DNA of 64,000 nt from Trichosphaerium sp. ATCC 40318 (Eukaryota > Protista > Tubulinea): contig JALMLS010000256.1 of the NCBI GenBank assembly GCA_038496445.1, positions 1 through 64,000 of the forward strand. Reading direction: 5' to 3'. Shown here in pieces: positions 55,300-64,000 of the stretch. Below the pieces are notes generated by a model. The model was not told where the DNA came from and did no database searches. It saw only the letters and a list, made by a program, of their open reading frames with translations. The position numbers and the translations under genes were made by a program. The first letter of the stretch is position 1. Each line of letters opens with the position of its first letter.

Positions 55300-55385
55300 A
55301 TTGAGAGCGTCATCTATTAGTTTCTCACAGCCACCAAGATTAATGGTATGAACTCCGGCAAGTGCTTTGATCCCGCCATTTGCTA
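55300..55385 (-). pseudogene. Relic LRR unit of the 14.5-kb F-box/LRR family
   Basis: GIKALAGVHTINLGGCEKLIDDAL. Confidence 0.65.
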
Positions 55386-55939
55386 CGTTTTGGAAAAATA
55401 TCACTAACAACTCACATTTACTAAAATGCTTCTTTGTCTACGAATAGCATTGAGGGTAGGGTAAGCAATTTTTTGGCAGTGCACGGTGTAAAAATGTGAC
55501 CATATAGATGGCGGTACGCCATCAGGAAACTCTTTAACTACAAGATCAGAATTGGTAGCATAGGCAGCAAAATTATTCATCCAGTATTTCGTCCCAGCTT
55601 CTGTTTGGATTTTGACTCCATCGAAATGTTAGGTGACACAAAATGTTTACACATACATATTCTGCCACATTTACGAAAAAGGTAAGGTTGTCTCAACACA
55701 TCACATAAGGCTACCTTTCCTCCGTATATTTTTTGCAACGTATTTAAAGACAATACGCGGAGAAAATGTTGTTTTAAGGCTGCTGCAATATATTTTTATT
55801 TTGGGTTAAGTTATGATTTAACCATAGTTATCTATATAACTGTTGTATCCTGTAATACAATAATATCTTAAACTCTTACTCTTTTGTTCTTTTCTTATTC
55901 GAATCAAAGAAATCAATCTTTGTCAGTTTCGAGGTTCAT

Positions 55940-58900
55940 CTCATGAAGGCTTCAGTAGCCTGTCTTTTTTTTTGTGTATCTCTTTTACTTCTCCTTTATC
56001 CCGAGCGCTAGTCAATGAAGATTATAAGAGCCTTCCAATTTCATTGGTGGCTCTTTCTACGCGAACCAAACTTCCGTTCATCAAGGAGTTCAAATATTTG
56101 TTATTCATGGTTTTGTGCATGTTTATCACTCTCGATTATGGGTCTTTAGGAGGTGTAATACGTGGAGAAAAATAGTTATGGCCAGGCTTGAAAACTATAA
56201 AATCTTCTAAGTCCGCAACATCATCATTAACATGCTAAAGCGAAAAGTCAGAAAAAAAGCAGATTTGAAAAAAAACACAAAAAAAATGGTGTTTGCTTAC
56301 CTCAAACTCTAATACTTGCTGTATGTACTGATTATTGGTTCTGATCCGTTTCCTACCACTTCTGTTACCTGCAGACAACCTTTTCCTATTTGAAAGCTTG
56401 TTAGTAACCACCACGAGAGGGAGACTTTTTTCTCCTTTTGAAGCTGGTTGCAAGTATTTTGTTTTTTGTTACCTTTTTGGCAAGTCTACAGCAAGTGCAA
56501 CACTTGATTTCATGCGCTCTACAACATCCCTGAATGGTTCCATATTATCAGGTTGTAAGAATAACTCAATGGCGCTACTACTAGCGAATTCCAAGAAACG
56601 AGACTCAAAACGTTCCACTTTGTATAATAAAGCAGGTACTTTGGTTAACTTTAAGGAAGAATTATGAGCTTCTTATCAACATCTATAAATTAACTTACCG
56701 CATTAACATGTTGTTTAGCATCTATCCATTCCCTATAAACCAACACATACTCCGCAAGACTGAAAACAAACTCGAAAATTGAACTATGTTCTTGATTCAA
56801 ATCATCGCTTTTTTTTAGTTGTTGTAGATGGTGGCTCATTGGAGATGCAATCATCAGTAGGCTCGATGTTATACCAGCTATACGTTGGTTTATGGATTTT
56901 TGAAAAGGATCAGGGGCACTCAACAATAACTGCAATTGTATTGGCAAGTGCACAAGAAGTCCAATATCAACTACAAAGTGTGGTTAGTTTGGAAACATGA
57001 GAAGAAAAAAACTTAGAAACAGAAACGTTTCTTAACTAGCTACACACAAAGTTTTGTTTGTCTGTTTTTTGTATTAATATGATTGATATAATAAATATTA
57101 GACAAATATGTGACATCTCTGCAAAGTTACAATGCACAAAAAAGGTTCTTTGAAAAAAGACTTTTAAGAAAAAAAGAGGAAACCCCTTTGCAAGGCGTAC
57201 CTGGTGTTTTCTTTTTTGCTTCAGCCACTTGAGATATAAATAATTGTGTAACTGTATTTACTGCTGCAAATTTTACTCTTTGGTTATATAAAGGCAGAGG
57301 AGGGCTTTGAGTTGAAGCATTATTGATTTCTGATAAAATCTGATAACACAATGACACGGATGATTCTTGTGGCATATGCGTGAACAAGTATGTCATGAGT
57401 GCTCGTGTACAACCAGGTGTGATCTCATAGCTCTTTAGAATATTCTTGGCAATATCAAAAGTCTTGGTTATATACACTGTACGGGCATCATCTAATTTGA
57501 GTTTAAGAGTACGGGCATCATCTAATTTGAGTTTAAGATTTTATCACTTCTAACAACTCAAAAAAAAAAAAAGAGAGGCCGTGCATACCCGGTGAATTAT
57601 CAAAAAGGCCTGTTGTTGATGTCATAACCTCAATATACGATAGAAGATTTGATACAGGCATGCTAATCTCCATTTCACTATTAATATAATTAGACATTCG
57701 AAATGTTGCAGCTGATAAAAAAAAAACTTGCCGCTGAAAGTGTTGAACAAAGTAAAGCGCTAAAAAATCATAGTCCACTTCTGATCGCTCGAACGTAACC
57801 GATTGCATTGTTACCAATGGTTCTGTATGCTCTGTATTTTCTGAAGTATGGATAGGTACATTTACAAAGCTGGTTTCATCCACAGAAGCATCTCCCGTTG
57901 TATCGAAAGAAAAATCATACTCAAAGTCAGCTGCATCATCATAGTCTATCTCTTCTTCCAAATGAAGATCAAGAGTAGTAGTTTCTGTATCTTGTTCGCC
58001 ATTTACTTTCTACCATAAATATTTAGAACACGTGCAAATCAAAAATTCTCGGAATTTTCTCAAAACTTGTACCTGCAACGGAATGCCAGTTTTTGCACGT
58101 ATTGTGCCTCTAATGTTGATGATTTCTTCTACATGAGTAATATCCCATTTCAAGCTATCAATAGGGAAGCTTTTACGTAGTAGAAAAATGGAATGCTGAC
58201 CAGCAATCTGTGTCACTTTAATGGCCGTTGAAATTGCTGATATTAAAGCACCACGGAGCGTAGATCGTCCATCAGTAGGATTCCTTTGTTCGCCCACAAC
58301 TGTAGCTATGTATCGTCTAAAAATAATGAATATGTTGACAATATTATAGGTATGAGGTGAGGAAAGAAGCTTTAAAAAAGACGTACCGGTAACAAAACTT
58401 TTTGTTGGCATTTTTGTTGAAACGTTCAAAAAATGAAGAATGGAGAGATTCTTCAAAGAGTTTGAAGAGTTTACCAATAATTTCCGTTAGTATAGATACA
58501 CGAAAGCCAAATGAAGGTAATTGATCTGTTGGTACGCCTACAAATTGTTGTGAAGTAGTACGTTGACTTGATGAAGATTTCTCAGCAAGTTTTTGTCTTA
58601 TGGCGTCCAAGTTTTTGTGCCAAAGTTCAAGGATGTTACCAATCACTAATACAACTGTTGATGTAGCCTCAAGTGATAATGATAATGATCCTTCTCTTTG
58701 TTCTATAGCCATAGATAAAAGTCTCATACATGTGGGAATAGATAAATTATAATCAAGAGTTGTTGTTTGACGCTTCTTTTGAAGGAAACTAAAAATTTCC
58801 AAAGCTTGAACAGCCTTGACATCTGGTAGACAAAAAAGTCTTCCATTAATAGTTTCTCCATAATTAAGGCAATATTCAGCCAATAGAGGATACATCGGTG

Positions 58901-61828
58901 CTATTTGATCTATCCTTTGACTGGTAGATATCCTCCAACTTTCGCATTTCGGGAAAGGAGAATTATATTCTTGAAAATCTTCGTCTAACATTGTATCTTC
59001 CAAATATACATTCTTAAAGTTTGATGCATCCCACTGAGCGGTTTTAAGTGACGCATTAGGAGTCTTAAATCCGCATGTCCGAAGAAAGGGAAATAGGTGA
59101 GTGAGGGAAGCAAAAAAAGCCAAAAGAGTGTTCGGCATTTTCTTAGTTTTTGAAATTTGCGACAGTAGCATCAAACATGATACTAAATGTACCAATGAAT
59201 CACGTGGTGTTATAGTAGCCAATCCATTAACTTCTTTTACCGTTTTCAATGTTTCTTTTTTTTGTGTTGATCGTGGTACGGTATCTACAAGGTGATCTTG
59301 AAAAAATTGTTCCATTGAGAAGGTTCCTTTATCCAAATATCTTTGAAAGCGTTCACAAAGCAACATCTGCATTTGTGACAATATTTTTGGTGATAAATTT
59401 GCTTTGCCTGAATTTATAGCATATAAAAGACGTAGTATACACTCATAAAGCGGTTTCTTAAGTGATAAAGGCAACTTCATCGCTGATTCAATTTGTTGAA
59501 AAATAGTGATTTGCTGTTCTTCTTTAATGGACTCTTGCGCTAACAGTAAGCAATAACCGCGACATGCTAACAATCTACAGCAGAAGGTTAGGACTATCAC
59601 ATTAAATATTCCTTTGTTAACTTACCTTGGGAGCTCATCACGTGACAACAAGTACTTACGTAACAAGATCATGAGTTTATCCTACATTGAGCTTTTAGTA
59701 TACGGAGAAATTTGTTGCTAACAAACGCACGTGAAAAGATTTGCTCAGGTTCGTCAAAGGTACAAATGCGCTTAATACACGCTCTGCTATAGATCTTTCG
59801 AATGAAGTCAAGTACATTATCCTATAAAACAGATAGCCTTAGATACAAAGAAAGTTTCACATTTCTTACCAGTCTTGTAAGCTGCTACAATGATGAGGCA
59901 AAAAAGCAATACAATCGCGAGCAATAGTTTCAAGCACAGAGCAATATAAATTATGTAGTGCTCCTTGAGACTTGTCACCAAGTATACCAAAGCAAACAGC
60001 AAGTACATCACTTCGTGATTCTGCATGACGTTTGAAAAGCTACAAAACAAGAAATGGTCAAACGTATTACCATAAAAATGTTGCGTACCTGTACTAACAG
60101 TATTTCACCTACAAACTTTGCTATATTTTGTCCTCGTACTTCACAAAAATATAGAGCCATTTGAATAACATCAGAAGCACGAGGATCAATCGCAGGACTA
60201 CGCATAAATGTAGTTATCTTCCTTTTAAGTTCAGCATCTGTAAAGACAAAAAACTTAGATGAGACTGTTAAAGCACAACGCTTTTTGAGCATACCATCGA
60301 TGCAATCCTTTCCAAGCCACTCAACTACACTAGACATTGATTTTAAGCACTATAGGAGAAATAAATAAGCACCAATAAAGAAATATTAATTGAGGGGTAG
60401 AGCGTACTTTGTGTTTGCAAGAGTCGATCGAAGTAAGAGTTAGGAGTAGCATTAAATCGTATGTGCCAACAGGAACTTCTGTAAACTCTTCAGGTAGAGA
60501 ACTATTATGTACACCACGTTGCATAAGAGGAGCATAACAAGCAATAACAAGCTCAGATAGTGTCAGTGAATGCTTCAGAGCCAATTCCGTCACAAAAAGC
60601 GCAGTTGATAGATCGTCACTTGAAGCCTAAAATAAAAACCAATTAGCTAAGATTTGGGCGACACCTGTGTTTTTCCAACAACAGGCTATTGTTTAAAGAT
60701 AGCTTAAAATTATTCTAATAAAACCAATGTCACGTGAATATTACATAAAAACTGTAAACTCATCTCACGTGAACACGTACAATGCTGACAACTTTTCTTG
60801 TTGCGTGAATCCAAGTAATGTTGTTTGATTGCTCAGCAAATAAAAGGCAATTCTTAACCAAGCAATTACTATTTATATTCGTAGTAGAAGTGGCATGTGA
60901 CATGGTAGATTTACATAGGAGCGACAGCTAGATAGTAAAACAAAATTAGTACAAAAATTTCTTTGATTACAAAAATAGGGTTTTATGAAGTTTATTTCTA
61001 CTGTCACGTGCCTGATTTTGTGATAAATTTAAATCTGTTAGAATTTCTAACAAGTTTGGAAATAATTCAAAAGTATCGCTAACGCTCACTAGTCTATCAA
61101 TGAACCTGTTTCGAATTGCAACTAAAATTTTTTTTAGTGACACATGTCATATTGGGTTTTTTTTTCAAACATTGCTCAAATGATGGCGTAAAATATACCT
61201 GTATCAAGATTTTTAAGCTTACTAAGCACCATTAGTACTCCAGGAATAAGATTTAAAACAAGTTTTGCGCCTACGTGTATGTGTTAGCGAACGCGAGACA
61301 AATCTGTCTCATTTTTGTTATTTTTTATTTTCTGTCAGAAAAATTACCTTCAACTGACCCCAACGGTTGTGTTGGTGTTATAATGTGTACCAAAATTTCT
61401 TCAAGGCGTTTAGCAGTTGCTCCGTGTTCTCTAAACCTGTAATCAGAATAAACCGCTAATACGTTAAAGTAATGATTGCAAGCGATACCGCCAGCGCATT
61501 TAACGCCTTCAAGACGGCTTCTGGCGTAAAACCGCCTGTTGTTTTTATGGAGAGCGTACATTTCGTTAGTTGTATACTTTAGAAGCGCCAAAGAGAGTTC
61601 AGAAACTATTCTGAAGGCAGTTTTACCTAACAGTGTGTTAAACATCGAATAATCGTTGCTGAGGCGTATTGCACCTTCTCTTTTGTCGTTTTGGACTAAT
61701 TTAATAGTTTTTAGGAAAGCACTGTGTCTTGTTTCGTTATTTTGTAATAATCGATGTAGCGACGCCATATCATAGCTTGTAGAAGCATTTTCGGCACTAC
61801 GACCATTATTGTCACGGACAGCGTTCAT
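55940..61828 (-). CDS. FANCI: Fanconi anemia group I protein homolog
   Basis: VLNLIPGVLMVL, RNRFIDRL, RLLACRGYCLLL, LKKPLYECI and KVPALLYKVERFESRF occur in the order of the FANCI solenoid motifs. Ends approximate. Confidence 0.75.
57479..57538. repeat. Exact 30-bp tandem duplication at an intron acceptor
   Basis: gtacgggcatcatctaatttgagtttaaga x2. Confidence 0.95.
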
Positions 61829-62177
61829 TATCACCCAGTGAGTAGGTAGGTAGCCAATTGATACATTAACGGAAGAATCTGTCAAATAATACTTTTTCGC
61901 GGTTAAATTATTTACTTTTCTTTACCATTTTTTTCTGGTTTTTTTTTCGTCACATTGCGTTTGTCATACTCAACATTACTTTACTCGCTCAAAGCGCTGT
62001 TGCCATATTGTCATTATGAGTCACGGATTGTATTTCAACAATTTATATTGCACACGTTTCTTTGCCATTCATGCAGCACCTACAAATCGTTCGATTTGTG
62101 TGAGTCCGAAACCATAACGAGGTAAGTAAATACATTGAGTTAATTTATTTTCTTTATAATACATTTCACGTCAAACC

Positions 62178-64000
62178 TTAAACATCTTCTCCTTTCTGTT
62201 CTTGTTCCTTCTCACCAATATCTTTTACAACTATGGATGGTTCTGGTGAAGAAACAGTACTTAATCTACAACTCAAAGTCACTCATGGCGTCCATAAAAC
62301 ATTATAAATAAAACGAAAGAACAGGCAACGCTTTGAAAAAACATTCATTGCTTGATTTACCTAAACAGAAGCCTTACCTTTTGCCTCAGGCAAATCACGC
62401 AAGCTTCGCCTGAGTACAGTAGGATTGACTCTGCTATTTGAAGCGTACAAGATTGCAATCATGCCGCATACTGCGCCCAATGCGGCAGGAGCCCATGGAC
62501 CCACCCTTTGCATTGCCATACCTCCTGAAAAACAAGTAAGATCGAGAATAGGATTAAAGGCTTATTACTTACCCAGTAATGGTGTCAAGGCTCTACAAAT
62601 ACTCTCAAGTGAGTTACTTAACCCTACTACTGTACCAACAGTCGATTTTGTGGCAGTCTATAAAGAGAGTATGTCAGAAAAGAACTATGATACTAGCTAA
62701 AAGAAATAAACTGTATGTTACTTACCTTTGTTATTGAACTGACTAAGCTTGTTTTTATTACACTACCAGTAACCATGAATGGAATGAGAACAATCATAAG
62801 CATAACGATTCCCTTTGTATAGACCAAAACTAAAAGCAAAAAAAAATTAACTTCTTATCATAAAAGGTTCATAAATTGTTACCTAATAGACAAATTGTAT
62901 TGATAACAATAGATCTCCATATCAATATTTCCTCTCTAAGAAATGTTAGTTTCTCAGTGAGATCAAAACGCCGGTAAGCAAAAAAAAAAAGGAAAAGACA
63001 ATGATCGTAAAAATTTACCTGACACGTGTCACCAAGTATGGAAGTATTAACGATGATGTGACTACTGTTACTATACCCATATACGATAATAAAAATCCGT
63101 TAGACCTTGGATTAAGTCCGAGCTGTTCTTGCAGTATCAAAGAAAAGTTATGAGAGTAAAAGAATTGAGCCTACGTAAACCAATTACAATTTTAAAGCAT
63201 TGACATTTTGCACTAAATGAATATTCACTTACCAGTAAAGTGATAGCCTGTAATATGATGAAATGACGCAGGATAGGAGAAGATAGAGCGCCCCATGCAT
63301 CGCTACTAAACCAAGATGATGATTCTGATCCTTTCTTTGGCTGTGGTTCTGGTCTTTTGTTCATAGTTGTTGATTCCGGTAAGAAAAAGAAAGCTATTAT
63401 AATGTTGAACAAATACATGCTACACGAAGCATATGCTGCCAATTTAAAGTCAATTCCTGCCAAGTAACCACCAAGTGCTGTGCCAAGGATCCAACCGAGT
63501 CCTGCATAAAAAAGGAAACTTAGAAACGCGTGTACAATCTCGATAATAAATCTTTTCCACGCGTTGACGTACCCACTGATGTACCCATGTATGATAACGC
63601 ACGTGTACGTTCCTCCTTTGTTGTTACATCGGACATATAAGCGTAGCTTACAGACATTGTTTGTTTAAATAAACCAACAGGTATGCGACTGTAGCATAGG
63701 TCAGAGCATTGAAGAAAAAAAAAGCAAAAGAAGAAAAAAACTTGGGTATTGCCCCAAAAAATATCTTTCGCCACGTGGCGCCATAAGAGCGTTTGTAGTA
63801 ACGCGTTACTTACCTGAGAAATAATACTGTGAGTGTTGTCGCTTGACTAAGACCAAAATAAGAAACGAGCGCCCCAGCAAAGCTGAGTAGCAACACGATC
63901 TTACGGCCTACTTTATCGCTCAATCTACCCACTTTTTGTGACAATTAGCATTTTCTCGGTTTTTATACGCGTGACAGTATGACGTACTTATGCTAGCGCC
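62178..64000 (-). CDS. MFS transporter (TetA/SLC22A18-like), 5' end outside window
   Basis: GRLSDKVGRK motif A, SRIPVGLFKQT..AYMSDVT..ERTRALS..GLGWILG..LGG. Confidence 0.9.

Overview
AT-rich, gene-dense eukaryotic DNA with many short (about 40-60 nt) GT-AG introns. Donors are often GTACGT/GTGCGT/GTAAGT and branch points CTAAC-like. The Roco kinase, gene content and intron style suggest an amoebozoan-type protist (inference). Most supplied ORFs are exon fragments, so I spliced the genes by eye and exon-level coordinates are approximate. Recognisable genes: a Roco-type COR-kinase (5' end outside the window), KCTD-type BTB protein, F-BAR/SH3 protein, F-box/LRR protein, subtilisin, BRCT-HMG protein, ARMH3, extended SDR, trypsin-like protease, GHL10/DUF187 glycosyl hydrolase, C1q-like protein, PH-LRR-CUE-RBD protein, PDK/BCKDK-like kinase, nucleotide-sugar transporter, AIFM2-like/NmrA fusion, a second F-box protein, FANCI and an MFS transporter. 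Accessory material includes five copies or fragments of one type-I surface-protein family, a TTAA-flanked Kolobok-like non-autonomous element, a 115-bp inverted repeat and several decayed fragments. The most striking observation is that the Roco kinase ends in a G-gamma-like domain followed in frame by a degenerate G-alpha-like domain with no P-loop or helical domain. This looks like a built-in two-thirds heterotrimer that could clamp a G-beta subunit. CACGTG is also strongly over-represented, mostly in long introns and intergenic gaps.
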